The notes beneath the pieces were generated by a model. It made no database searches and was not told where the DNA came from. It saw nothing but the letters and a program-made list of their open reading frames with translations. A stretch of 64,000 nt of DNA from Eledone cirrhosa (lineage: Eukaryota): NCBI GenBank assembly GCA_964016885.1, contig OZ024740.1, positions 400,210,001-400,274,000 of the forward strand, given 5' to 3'. Position numbers and translations under genes: made by a program. Of the stretch, positions 13,245 to 27,205 are shown piece by piece; the first letter of the stretch is position 1; every line of letters starts with the position of its first letter.

Positions 13245-16200
13245 GTATAGATAAAGTGATTGTACCTGATGTTATTGAAAGTCAAAATCTTTGGAGCAAT
13301 ATTTGGAGTAAAGAGGAGTACAAGAAGGACACTGAATGGTTAGAAGAACCTAAACAAACAATAGTTTGCTCACAATAGGCAGCACTAACCGTTTCAGCTA
13401 GGGACATGAAGGAAGCCAGAAAAAAGATGGGCAACTGGAAGTCTCCTGGGCGAGATGGAATTCAAAGATGCTGGACCAAAAATTTAGTCAAAGTCATGAA
13501 CGAATAACTGAAAAACTCAACACATTTCTAAATGCTGATCCAGTGATACCGGAGTGGCTGACAAGAGGCAGGACAGTTCTTTGCTTAAAAGATATCACTA
13601 AAGGGAATGCGGTAGACAACTACAAAGCGATAACATGGCTACGATTGATGTGGAATTTATTGACTGAAATAATCACAGAATCAATGTACGGGTATCCTGA
13701 AGAAATAGAGTTCTACCAGATGAGCAGATATGTTGCAAGCGTAAGTGCAGAGGTACAAAGGACCAGCTTTTGATTTGATAGCTAGGACTACACTTCAGGA
13801 GACCAAGAGGAGCCAAACCAACTTGACCATGGCGTGGATCGATTACCGCAAACAAGATTCCGAACTCTTCGATTATGGAACGCATTAACGTATTTGGTAT
13901 TGCATCAAATGTTTAGCGATTCCTAAGGAAAAGTATGAAATAGTGGAAGACTGGAGTGATAGCATGTGGTAGAGATTTAGCGACAATAGAAAGGAAGAAA
14001 GGTATATTCCAAGGGGACAGCCTGTCTCCACTGATGTTTATTCTGTGCATGATAACACTGACAATGATTTGAGAAAAGCTAAGGCTGGGTATGAATTTAA
14101 AAGTCGCCAGCAAAAAATCAATCACTTATTATTTAAAATGTCACATTGGTTTTTAATATTTGGTGGGTGTTTTTAGATTTATTATTCACTAGCTGACGTA
14201 CCCAGCTTCGCCCGGGTAAACAAATGATAAGAGAAGACAGGTAAAAGAAAACATGACTGTATTGGATGTTTGTCTGGTTACAGTATGAGGCGAGTCCGTG
14301 GTGTCTGTATGATACAAAAAACAGTAAAAAGAATCTTCCAGATATACCAGATTCTTCGTTGTACCGTTTGTGCATAGTGTATGAACAATTCTAGGTGCTC
14401 CCACCTAGAATAGTGACCTCTAGGAGATGGTTCATCTTCTGCCTGACTGTAAAACGTGTATCATTGCATAGACGTGGTTGTTCCACGTTTCTTAAAAGGA
14501 TGATGGAAGTTCCAATCTTTTATATTATATGAAGATATAGATATAGATGACTTCTGTATTGCGCTGGCGCTGTTCAGCCAGCTCCTCTTCATCCATTGCA
14601 GCACGCCGTTGCTGCTGAATTCCGGCCATCTGCTGATGAGGCTCAGTCAGTTCGTCTTCAACCATCGCAGCACGCCGTCGCTGCTTGGCTCCAGTGTTTC
14701 GTTGGCGTTGTTCAGCCAGCTCCTCTTCATTCATGGCGGCACGTCTTCGCCTCTGAAGCTCGGCGTTCCGATGGCGCTGTTCGGCCCGTTTTTCTTCATT
14801 CCTGGCTGCACGCCATCGCCGCTGTAGTTCACTGTTTGATAAAGTCGAATTGCTTTTACTTTCTGTGGAACGCTGCACGCAAGCACACACACATGAACAT
14901 ACGCGCACGTACATACACACGCACACATGGTAATAGTTACAGCGTTCACTTTGCCTCTCTGTTTCTTACTCTCCCCTCTCACTCCCTCATTGGCATTATG
15001 CATATTAATTTAAGTTTGGCGTCGTTGAGGTGGGCGCAGTCGTTTGAAACCTATGAATGAATGATAATCTAGAAATATGACACACGGAATACTGACATTG
15101 TTGAAATTAATATATAGATGGACGACTTTAAGCTTTATGGTAAGAATGTATCCCAGCTTGGTTCCCTCGTTGATACGGTATATACGTTTAGTGCTGACAT
15201 CAGAATGGAGTTCGGATTCAATAAGTGTGGTGTGTTAATCTTGAAGAGAGGCACATTTAAAAGCACTGAGGGGTTGGTGCTTTCATCAGGGAAGGTTATG
15301 AAGCAAATAGATGAGGAAGATTATAAGTACTTAGGGATATTGGAAGTTGATAAGATAATACAGGAGGAAATGAAAGAAAAGTTTAGGGTGGAATACATGC
15401 GGAGACAGATTTATTCTCAAGTCTAAACTGAATGATCGGAAATAAGATGGGAGCTATCAATACATTGGGCGATATCATTCCTTAGATACAGGACGGGTGG
15501 GGGGAGTGATCACGTGGATAGTGGGAGCGCTAAACAGATTAGACCAAAAGACAAGAAAGATATGGGCTAGATATGGGGTATTTCACCCCAAGAGCGACAC
15601 AGACAGATTATATATACCAAGAAAAAGAAGAGGACTGATGGGGCCCGAAGACAGAATTAGAACAGAAGAAAATGTCATGGTGTGGTACATAAAAAATTCC
15701 ACAGAACCGCTGTTGCTGGAAGTAAAAAGGTCAGGGTTGTGCAAAATAGAAAATTATAACGAAGAAACACAGCACAAGAATTTTAAGATGAATGAAACTG
15801 AAAGTAGATGGACATAAAAAAAAAAAAAAGAATGTATGGACAATTCCATAGAGATGTTGAAGATAGGACAGAGAAAAAAGATGGTTATCGATGGCTAAAA
15901 GTGATCTAAAACCGGAAAGAGAAGACTTAATCTGTTCTGCTCTAGAACAAGCACTAAGAATTAACTACATCAAGTATAGAGTAGACCACACAGTGGAAAG
16001 AGATAAGTGTAGAATTTGAGGAATGAAACTGTGTGGCATATTACCAGTCAGTGGACACCACTAGTTCAGAAATAATACAAGAGACGTCGCGGCAAGATAT
16101 CGAGGATAGCCCATTGAGCCCTTTGTGACAGAGCAGAAAAGTGGTAGGAACATAACCCTGAGGGTGTTATCAAAATTGATGATGCAAAAATCCTGTGGGA

Positions 16201-16604
16201 CTTTGTGATCAGTATGACCATGGAATTGAGCATAGGTGACCGGATATTGTATTAGTTAAGAAAGAAAGCAAACACTGTTGGATCAGTGGTATAGCCTCTC
16301 CAGCTGATAAGGTAAATAAATTGATAGATATGGCAGGTGTGCTTGGGGGTTAAGCAGTTGTGGTCACTGAAAAAGGTGGTGGTAATAACAATAATAATTG
16401 GATTCTTGGGAACAACAAGTAAAGATCTTTAAAAGTACATTGAACAAATAGGGATTGCAATACGGATGGAACACTTACAAAAAACAGCAGGGCTTGGAAC
16501 AGCTCGAATACTCCGGAGGGTATTCGAAAAATTGAGGCTACAGGTAGCGTCTTGATGTTCATTTGAACAAACTTTCCAGTTAAATAACATCAATGACTGA
16601 GACT
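13245..16604 (+). mobile_element. Decayed R4/Dong-clade non-LTR retrotransposon (RT + REL), 5'-truncated, interrupted by a Helitron
   Basis: Fragments NWKSPG.DG, PEWLTRGRTVL, GIFQGDSLSPL, NHLLF/MDDFKLYGK, MEFGFNKC, YKYLG, HPKSDTDRLYIPRK; many stops and frameshifts; 3'UTR followed by (TAA)n. Confidence 0.85.
14189..15118 (-). mobile_element. Internally deleted Helitron with Pif1-helicase fragment and Rep N-terminal-type repeats
   Basis: Minus strand starts TCTATATATTAA (15118), ends GC hairpin plus CTAG (14189), A|T target; 14513-14400 encodes GTSIILLRNVEQPRLCNDTRFTVRQKMNHLLEVTILGG; 14525-14926 has RRAAM.EEELAEQRQRN repeats. Confidence 0.85.
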
Positions 16605-16616
16605 CCATTATTAATA

Positions 16617-16808
16617 ATAATTGTTTCTACTTTTGGCACAAGGCCAGCAATTATCCCAGTGTATTACTGGTACTTTATTTTATCGACCCCGTAAATAATA
16701 ATTGTTTCTACGTTAGGTACAAGGCCAGCAATTATCCAGTGCATTACTGGTACTTTATTTTATCGACCCCGTAAGGATGAAAGGCAAAGTTAACCTTGGC
16801 GGGATTTG
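16617..16808 (-). mobile_element. Two 5'-truncated SINE copies
   Basis: AATTGTTTCTAC..GGCACAAGGCCAGC..GTACTTTATTTTATCGACCCC occurs twice. Confidence 0.8.
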
Positions 16809-16816
16809 ATAATAAT

Positions 16817-17260
16817 GGTTTCATTTATTGGCCACAAGGACCGAAATATAATGGACAGTACAATAGACGGGGACAGTGGGGGTTTTACACAAAAATTGAG
16901 TAAAAAATAGGAAAACAATAACAATAAACAGGAAAAATACAACAATGAAAATTCTCCAATAGGGGGGATAACCCCCTAGGGTTGATTCAGGTACCCCACC
17001 AATTCTGAACCACCTGACGCTCCGAGGGCACCTGGGAAGAGCACCCCTCTCCTCCTCAAATTCACCAGCCTACAGGCGCATGATTAGAGTAGGCCCACAC
17101 ACACGGGCGATTCTCGTCACATTCACCCACCTTTCAGCAAATGTAGGGGGGGGGGGGCAGTACTCCTCTCTCCCCACCATCACCTTCCTTTCCAAGTGAA
17201 ATTTGAAAAAGTTGATGAGGGATCGGCCGAAGAGAAAAGTGTCTGTCTTCAGTCCTTTCA
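16817..17260 (-). mobile_element. 5'-truncated Tx1-like LINE (ORF2 C-terminus + 3'UTR), subfamily B
   Basis: KGLKTDTFLFGRSLINFFKFHLERK homologous to the end of the 27933-29768 ORF; 3'UTR similar to 33122-33360; flanked by (TAA)n. Confidence 0.85.
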
Positions 17261-17277
17261 ATAATAATAATAATAAT

Positions 17278-17467
17278 AATTGTTTCTACTTTAGGCACAA
17301 GGCCAGCAATTACCCAGTACATTACTGGTACTTTATTTTATCGACCCCGTAAGGATGAACAGCAAAGTTAACCTCGGCGGGATTTGAACTCAGACCATAA
17401 AGGGCCGTAACTCTTTACTGCAAAGCATGGCGTCCGACCCTCTACCGATACTGCCAATCCATCGCCC
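17278..17467 (-). mobile_element. Full-length SINE
   Basis: Reverse complement of the 39-222 family with A and B boxes. Confidence 0.85.
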
Positions 17468-17691
17468 AATAATTATAATAAAAAAAATAATAATAATACG
17501 ATGATGATGATGATGATAGCAATTATCATAATAGTTTATATTATTGCCACAAGGGCGACGGGTGGTTTATAAATAAACATTACAAAACTTGTATTTTATA
17601 TTCATTGAGATATGGGAACAGAAATTTCGAAACGGGTAACAGAAATTAATGGTAACGATTATATTGACAACGGTATCGCTGATGGTGATGG

Positions 17692-17766
<75 letters not shown>

Positions 17767-18935
17767 CGACGATGATGATGATGATGACGTTAATAACGGG
17801 GTCGATGACGATGATAATGATGTTGATAATGTGTGTAATGATGGCGTAACTCAAACCTTCATTATCATCCATATTGTCCTCAGTAGCTCATTATTCGTGT
17901 CGTACGAGGAAACAACGTCAGGCGTTCTGTCATTGAGTCACGTGAAATGTGGTGGTACTATTTTTTTTCTGTCAAGGTGGTGTCCGATGAAAGAAAAAAT
18001 GTCTAAATTTTTCTTTTGTTTTTTCCTATCAACGAAGATTTGTCGGTGACGAATTGTGTTTGGAAGTAGTTTTCTCTCCCTTCCTTTCTCTTTTTTGTTG
18101 AACAATTCATTTAGCATTGTCAAACGATCCTGTTACGACTAGATAAGGGAGAAGACATATGGTTGAGGCAAGATGGGCTGAGATGGGGTAAGACGGGTAG
18201 ACAATATATGGGACAGAGAGAAAAGGAGATAGATGGACTTAAAGATAAATCAATAGATGCGAAAGAGAGTGAGAGAGAGAGAGAAATAAATAGAAAGAAA
18301 GAGAGTGAGTGAGAGAGAGACAACGAGGTGCAAACAGACAGAGAAAAGGGCACTGATAGTCACAGAGAAACACATTCAAACACACACACACACACATACT
18401 CACACACACTCACACACATATATATGTATATATGAGTGTATGCGTGTGTGTGTGGCTCTGTGAGTGCGTGTGTATAAATTACGATTCAACGAGTGAGGCT
18501 GTATGTGGTCGCTCGAAAAGCTCGATATTATAGCCAAATCCTTAACATATACAGAAACATCTTAAAAAGGGAAGGACATATAGGGGAACGTTGTATAATA
18601 TATATACTAAAATGAATTGATAAACAGGACTGGAGCGTAATAAATCATACGATTTCATAACAGCTATCTAAATCCCCGCATACGTACACACACAGGCGTG
18701 TGTGTATAGTATAGGATAGTGTATAGTATAATATAGTATACAACGGTAGAATGATGAGTGTGTGGATAGTGGGAAAGAAAAATCAGGAATTCAAAGAAAG
18801 AAAGCAATGAAGTCAAACCGAACATACGTATCGTTTGTTGATAGCTGGTACATAATATACATAAACACTTATATTGAATTGGTTTTCTCGCTGGCCTGGT
18901 AAGTATACATTAATACACTATTCTACTGCTTAAAA

Positions 18936-19352
18936 TAATGTTTATACTTTTGGCACAAGGCCAGCAATTATTCCAGTGTATAACTGGTACTATATTTTAT
19001 CGAACCCGTAAGGACGAAAGGCAAAGTTGGCGGGATTGGAACTCAGAAATAATGACTACAAACACATATTTACTATCTTGTCTTAATTGTAGGTGTTTTA
19101 CTACCAGTCAGTTAAATGGGCCCAGCTATACCGAGTTGACAATAACAAGAATATTCTTCCACGCCAGAAGCCTCCCAGTCTCACACAACCAAGACCCTTA
19201 AACCCCAAAGTCACAGTTTTTTTCTGTAGAATAATGAGCGACCCGCCGAGGTTAACTTTGCCTTTCATCCTTATGGGAGTCGAGTCGATAAAATAAAGTA
19301 CCAGTAATACACTGGAATAATTGCTGGCCTTGTGCTAAAAGTAGAAACAACT
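18936..19352. mobile_element. Two partial SINE copies in opposite orientation (18936-19050 minus; 19240-19352 plus)
   Basis: Family core and tail motifs. Confidence 0.7.
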
Positions 19353-19601
19353 ATATCCAACAGCAAAGCACTCATCATTTCATTCCGTAAATTCTTCACT
19401 TATCACTTTCCGCTGTGTGGTCTACTCTATACTTGATGTAATTAATTCTTAGTGCTTGTTCTTCAGCAGCAACAGATTCAGTCTTCTTTTTCCGGTTTTA
19501 GATCACTTTTAGCCATCCATAACCAGCCTTTCTTTTCTCTGTCTGTCCTATCTTCAACATCTCTACGGAATTGTCCATACATTCTTTTTTTTTCAACTCT
19601 A

Positions 19602-19637
19602 TCTTCTGATGAAGAACTAGTGTCCGAAACGTTAAGA
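19602..19637 (+). ncRNA. Minimal hammerhead-like motif in a probable Penelope-like pLTR remnant (about 19355-19712)
   Basis: UCUU-CUGAUGA-a-GAAC uagu GUCC-GAAA-CG-UU-AAGA; one stem II mismatch; remnant ends in (TA)n. Confidence 0.55.
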
Positions 19638-20029
19638 CACTCTTCTTGCTCTTTCAAGCGTTAAACTAATACATTTCTCCATGTACTGTGCCGTTTGTTT
19701 TGTTGATTTTGTATATATATATATATATATATATTAAAGAATTAGAAAACAAGGTGAATAATTAATTTATTCATTGTTTCATAGTTGTTGAGCAGACTAA
19801 TGTATAGCAGTTAGACAACTTCATACCACCAGCTACGGAAAGGCACGTCTTATGTGGTGTCTATCATCAGAAACTATGCATATATATATATATATACACA
19901 CCTACACACACACATATATATATATATATACACACACACACGGACACACACACACACATATATATATATACGTATATCCGCACATATATATGTATGTATA
20001 TATATATATATACGTATATTATGTATATG

Positions 20030-20124
<95 letters not shown>

Positions 20125-21589
20125 TTATATATATATATATTTATATATATATATTTATTTATATATATATATGTGTATGTGTGTGTCTCTCTCTCTCTGT
20201 GTAAGTTTGTTTTTAACAAAAAGTAGAATATGTGTATACAGATTGGAAGGCATTTAAATAAACGAAAACAAGATGGTCGTATTTTAAATAGCAACGAATC
20301 GGACAGGCATGGGATCACCTTCTTTTCTGTTAGATTTTTGATAAACGGTAAGAATGTGTGTATGTATGCATGTGTGTGCGTGTCTAAGTTCTTGTTCTTA
20401 GGAGCGTGTTTGTGTATGCGTGTGTGTGTACATGTATGTCTGTAGAGGAGTGCTTGGATGTTTGTGTATGTAGATGTACGTTTGAGTACATACGTGTGTG
20501 CCTGTGTGTAAATGTATATGTGTGTGCTCATTGGCGACGAAAAGAAATTATCTACTCGCATCTGGACTGACAACAAAAGGGGGTAATTAGACAACAAGAA
20601 GAAGAACAGCAAGAAAGAAAGAACAACAACAATTATAAAATAAAGTTAAAAGCAAAGAAAAGAGAACCGTTATCAGAATGATGGACGCAGTTTCTCTGGA
20701 GATTCCACTGCCAACTCTTCCCCCTCCGCTCATATGCCACCATCATCACCATGTCACAACCCCACCCCACTCTTACACTGTTAGCAGTATCACCATCACC
20801 AATTCTTTGTCGGTAAATTGTACTACAAAAGCCAGATTCAACTTCTACGTTTCCATACCAGCTGCCAGAATTCGTTTATTTTGCGCTGACGGAAGTAATG
20901 AAAGTGAAGGCTCTTGGGAAGATTTTGTTTCTTTCGCAGTCAGTACATTGAAATATAAGGTTTAACACGATTCACTTTGCCCGCTCTCACAAGCTAAAAG
21001 AAAAAAAAAAGAAAAAAGAAAAAAAAAAGGAAGTAATATAAGATGAAGAGGGTGATGATGGTGCAGATAATGATGATAATTATGATGATGATGATGATGA
21101 TGATGATGATGGTAACGATGATAATTATGATGCTGATGATGATGATGATGGTAATGATAATAATAGTTATGATGATGGTGATGATAATGATGTTTATGAT
21201 ACCCGTTACAGATGTTGATGATGATGATGTCGATGATGACGATGAAATAAAAGAAGGAACATAAGAGTAATGATAGAAGATGAAAACAGACAGCAGAAGA
21301 CGAATAAAAAAAAAACTTAGATAAGAGAAAAAAATTTAACGATAGTGGTGTATGATAGTGATGAGGATGGTTATAATGATGATGATGATGCAAAAGAAGA
21401 AGGGTAAAAAATAGCGAAGCTGATCTTTTTGTTTAGTCATTTACTTATTTCGCCTTTCTTTTATTTTCTGTTTCTTTGAAGGATGATCTTACAAAAATGA
21501 CAAGATGACCCCGGAAAGATCATTTAAAAGTGAAATGCAGTTTTTCCAAACGAGTCACGCAGTAAATCTATATATATATATATATATTA

Positions 21590-21655
<66 letters not shown>

Positions 21656-21665
21656 TATATATATA

Positions 21666-21741
<76 letters not shown>

Positions 21742-21808
21742 TATATATGTATATATATGTATATATATATATATATATACATGCACAGACACAGACACAG
21801 AGACACAG

Positions 21809-21854
<46 letters not shown>

Positions 21855-21917
21855 ATATATACACATATATATATACATATATATATATACATACATATAT
21901 ATAAATACATACATATA

Positions 21918-22000
<83 letters not shown>

Positions 22001-23313
22001 GTGTTTGTGTTTAAATGCTTAGCTAATATGTATCTGTGTGTATGTGTGTGTGTGTATGTGCTGTCTGTATGTGTTCTTTATAAATTTGGAAATAATAGAT
22101 TGAGACATTATTTTCAATGTCTTAAGCAGCATAGAGGTATCTTGATAATATTCTCATTGGACTGACCCTAACCATACTATTCATGGAGACCAATTGTTTC
22201 ATCGAATTTTTGCTCCCATTGGATCGTATCACAGACAGTTCATATTCTTAATAAAGTCGAGGATAATTAATTAGGTTAAAAATATATTCAGTCATTCGCT
22301 AGATATATTAAAGTGAAGTATATGAAAATACCATGAGAATATACTTAATACCAACGAATGAAGACTTAGTTCTCAAAGACAATGTCATTTTAGAATGTTC
22401 TTCAACGTTGAAAGGAAAAATAAATGCTAACACAATAAACATTGTGTTTGTTTGCATATATATATATATATATACATCTCGTATTTGGCCGGTCTTTCTA
22501 TAAGATATTTCTTTGGTGGTTTTACAGGTTATTATCAAACTGGAAAAAAAAAACTATTGGAGACAACGTGGTGAATATCATGATTATAGCTTGCAAAAGA
22601 CTAGCTATTCACGCAAAAGCTCGGGTAACCAGTAGGCTTCACTTTTCATACTAGATCGAGAGCGTGAAATTTGGACGGATAGATAACTAAACTGTCAATT
22701 TAAAATCTTACTGAATTCAGTAGCTTCAATAGTATGAGAAGTCATAGGAGATACTAATGTGAGAGGAGATAGGGGATAGTTTCCCCAAAAGAGGAAACCA
22801 GTTTTCTTGCACCATACCGAGTGTTTTATAGAGCTGTATGTGCTCATCCCCAGCAGCCTCTTCGGCTATACTGAACTAGGACTTCAATAATATATATATG
22901 TGTGTATGTCTTATGGTTCACCAAGAGATAAAACTGGTCATTCCGTTTAGTTAACCATGATGTAATAGTAGGAAAAGCACGCTACGTTACGTAACTCATC
23001 CATCGTTGAAGTTGAATCCCGTGGATGGAGCAGGAACAGAGTTAAATATTAATTTGATTAAAATAACAGGAGACCGGACTGGTAATATCCCATTAAAGTT
23101 TTATTGTTGCAAAAACACTATATATATTTCAATGTCCTGGTTACATAAGATACAATCAACATCATCAGATGCGAATTGCATACTTACGGCAAAAACAAAC
23201 AGAGAATAGAGAAAATATTTGGCTCGGAGATGGCCCACGAAATAGGTGCAGACCATTTCCGACTGCATATTATTATATAATATCGATTAACACTCACACA
23301 CACGCACACGCAT

Positions 23314-23371
<58 letters not shown>

Positions 23372-23374
<3 letters not shown>

Positions 23375-23430
23375 AATGTAAGTATGTATGTATACGTACA
23401 TACATATATGTATACAGACGTACAGTAGCA

Positions 23431-23478
<48 letters not shown>

Positions 23479-24096
23479 TACACATATGCATACAGGTACA
23501 CATACATATATGCACGCATCAGTTTAGCCGACGTTTATTATAACGCCGGCCGCTTTGTTCGTTTGTTTGTCAACAAACCGAACACCCTGAATTTATTTTT
23601 TTCAACTTATCGTTTTCGGTATGCCTGACCGATTTAACTCACTCAATATGCAAATTAGGCTGCTCAGCCGTTAATTTTCATAAGGAAAGTATATACTTTC
23701 GAACGTTCAACTATCTGGCAGATGGGTAAACGGTGCTGATGATAGCTAACAAGCTTGAAACTAGTACATCGTTCCTGTGTCAGTGTTGAACAAAAAGGTG
23801 ACGTGGTTGCCTTAACACCGTATGGCATAAATTCAGGCTGTTCGGTTTGTTGACAAACAAACGAACAAAGCGGCCGGCGTTATAATAAACGTCGGCTAAA
23901 CTGATGCGTGCATATATGTATGTGTACCTGTATGCATATGTGTATATATGTATATATATATACATATATATATATATGCATGCTACTGTACGTCTGTATA
24001 CATATATGTATGTACGTATACATACATACTTACATTTAAGTAAGTGCCATACTAAGAGAGAGAAATGAAATTTCGTTTTCATTTTTTTCAACTTAT
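23372..24096. mobile_element. Second locus of the retrozyme-like family: partial minus-sense arm (23372-23594) plus one complete permuted plus-sense unit (23595-24096)
   Basis: Homologous to 7201-8600; ATTTTTTTCAACTTAT at both 23595 and 24081; flanked by (TA)n. Confidence 0.8.
23729..23773 (+). ncRNA. Minimal type I hammerhead ribozyme (variant copy)
   Basis: AACGGUG-CUGAUGA-uAGCU aaca AGCUu-GAAA-CUAG-UA-CAUCGUU; differences from 8349 fall at N7, loop II and a G-U wobble. Confidence 0.82.
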
Positions 24097-24769
24097 ATAT
24101 ATATTGACATATACATATAAAATAACAGATCAAAGTTTAACAAGAGATAATCTGTACAGAATGTAACAACATATAGTTCCGTAAGGCAACATAATAAAAC
24201 ATAACAAGAAATTCAAATATAGATACCTGGCAAAAATTATTTATATTCCTTCGTACATATTCATTTGTTACTCTTGAAATATGTTTCACCAATATATAGT
24301 GTAGTTCAATAGTCAATCTAGGATTGTCAGCGTAGTAAATTGAGCTATCTGAAATTACACGCATGATACAGATCAGGGACTGACACAAGTCGCACATGGG
24401 TTTTGGAAAACCAATGCGCCTCAGTGACGTGAATAGGTTTACCGACAGCTAGAAATAGCAGCCAAAACCTTTCAATAGTGTAAAGCTAAACTAAAAAATA
24501 TTTAGGAGCATATTACATTCCAAATTATAGATGTCATATTTGAGAAAATCTGAAAAATGCACCATATCACCTGTAGGAGATGCTCAAGGAATGATTCCAA
24601 GGAACAAATCCGAGAATTTATTATTAAATATCGATTGACACGTGTATAAATATGTATATATCTATTGACATATAAAATAACATATCAAACTTTAACAGAA
24701 GATAATCTGTAAAAATGTAATAACACAGTTCCGTAAGGTAACATAGTAAAATTGAACAAGATGCCACAT

Positions 24770-25080
24770 ACTTTAACACCAAGAGGCAATCTGGTCCGTT
24801 AGGCTACGAGCCCAGGTTCTGCTACCCACCAAAACGAAGAGTTACAAACTCTCCAAGTATCGGCCGCTCTCCGATAGGTTTGTGTTGGAGACTTTAGTAG
24901 TGGAGACTTCCGGTGTTCTAGTCCCCTAGACCACATCCCTACTCATTGCTATCGGAGCAGAGTTGACCACCCGCAGGTGCGAGCGCTGCGAGATGGAGTA
25001 GTTGTTCCAGCGTGTCTCCCTCGCCGTCCTCCAGGGCCATGCATTCTGCATCTTGTCAAGTGGAACCCAGAGGCGGATGG
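24770..25080 (+). pseudogene. CRE-clade non-LTR retrotransposon REL-domain 3' fragment
   Basis: Manual translation: KLSKYRPLSDRFVLETLVVETSGVLVP*...LFQRVSLAVLQGHAFCIL, matching the CRE C-terminal pattern (KY..L..F.P.AVET.G..G / LFQRISLA..RGNA). Confidence 0.65.
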
Positions 25081-25629
25081 TAATCTTGTTCTTTGGTTGA
25101 CTGAGAAGTGCATCTTGTTCAAAATGACGAACTTCGGAAATCTCGTTTCTAAAATGACGTACATAACACTCACCTTATAGTAAGTCTTACTGATGCCGAC
25201 ATCACATACGGCATACTGCTCTAATTACACAAATAATATTAGAAGCGTCTCGTTTCAAATCCTGTTCTAATTCGGAATTTCTGATGTTAGGTAACGTCTA
25301 TCGACATTTTGAATCAATGTTCGTTGAGCTCGAGACACATTTGAAAGTTTACAAAGTTCTTGATAGTATTAGAATAAGACGAAAACACCTAAGAGCGAAA
25401 GGTTGTTTATAAAAAAAAATAAAAATAAACTGACCCTGCCGAAAGAAAGAAACAAACAAACAGAACAAAAGCAAAAACAAAATGAATTCGAGGAAGTTGT
25501 TATCAGCTCCTGCTAATTGAAATGCTTACACGGTTTCTTGAAATATCAAATTACATATAAACGTAAAGGATATAAATGAAATACATACAAAAGGCAATAA
25601 TAGTATACCTAATAATAATATCATTAATA

Positions 25630-27205
25630 ATGTTATTTAACATAGGCACAAGGCCACCAATATTTGGGAGGGGTAAGTTGGTTAAATTGACTCCAGTATT
25701 TGAATGATAAATGGCAAGGTTGACCTCGGTGGGATTTGAATCCAAAATGTAGAGGTCAGTAACCAAATACTGCAATGTATTTCATTCGGTGCGTTGACAA
25801 TTCGGCCAATCCATCACATTCATTATATTAATAATGATTTCTAATTTAGGCACAAGGCCACCAATTCGTAAAGAGACGAAACTGTATCCCCAGAAGCATG
25901 TTGTCCGACATTCTATCGATACTGTCGACCCCTGCCCTTTACAATATCATTAATGTGTTCTGATTTAGGCACAAAGCCAGCCATTTGGGGGGAAGATAGA
26001 TAGTCGATTAAATCGACCTCAGTGTATTACTGGTGCTTTATCGACCGCGTAAGGATGAAAGTCAAAGCTAATCTCGGCTGGATTTGAAGTCAGAAAGTAA
26101 AGGGGCGTAACTCTATTCTATGCGGCAAAAGATGTTGTCCGACGCTCTATCGATCCTGACAATCCACCGCCCCAAATAATATCATTAATAATAGTCTCTT
26201 ATATAGGCACAAGGAGGGGGGGGGAGTCGATTAAATCAACCCCAGTGCGTGATTGGTACTTTATTTTATCGACCCTGTAAGGATGAAAGGCAAAGTTAAC
26301 TTTGGCGGCATTTGAACTCAGTTCGTAAAGGGATGTAACTAATGATACATAATAATAGATATAAAACAGATATATAATAATTGTTTCTACTATTGGCACA
26401 AGGCCAGCAATTATCGCAGTAGATTACTGGTACTTTATTTTATCGACCCCATAAGGATGAAAGGCAAAGTTAACCTCGGCGGGATTTTGAACTCAGACCA
26501 CAGAGGGAGGTAATTCTTTGCTGCAAAGCATGGCATCCGATCCTCTACCGATACTGCCATACAATAATAGATATAAACTATATATAATAATTGTTTCTAC
26601 TTTCGACACAAGGCCAGCAATTATCCCAGTGTATTACTGGTACTTTATTTTATCGACGCCGTAAGGATGAAGGGCAAAGTAAACCTCGGCGGGATTTGAA
26701 CTCAGACCGTAAAGGGACGTATAACAATAGATATAAGATATATACAATAATTGTTTCCACTTTTGGCACAAGGCTAGCAATTACCCAGTGCATTACTGGT
26801 ACTTTATTTTATCGACCCCATAAGTATGAAAGGCAAAGTTAACTTTGACGAGATTTGAACTCAGACCATAAAGGGACGTAACTATGTTAGAAAGCATGGA
26901 GTCCAACCCTCTACCGATACTGCCAAATCACCGTCCTACTGTACCTAATAATTGTTTCTACATTTGGCACAAGGCCATCAATTAACCAGTACATTACTGG
27001 TACTTTATTTTATCGACCCCGTAAGGATGAAAGTCAAAGTTAACCTCGGCGGGATTTGAGCTCAGATCATAAAAGGCCGTAACTCTATGCTGTACAGCAT
27101 GCTGTCTGAACCTCTACCAATACTGCCAAATAATAATTGTTTCTACTTTTGGCACAATGCCAGCAATTACCCAGTACATTACTGGTACTTTATTTTATCG
27201 ACCTC
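25630..27205 (-). mobile_element. Cluster of about 9 co-oriented SINE copies (older and younger variants)
   Basis: Repeated tails (..GGCACAAGG..) at about 25640, 25845, 25965, 26205, 26380, 26590, 26750, 26950, 27135. Confidence 0.85.
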
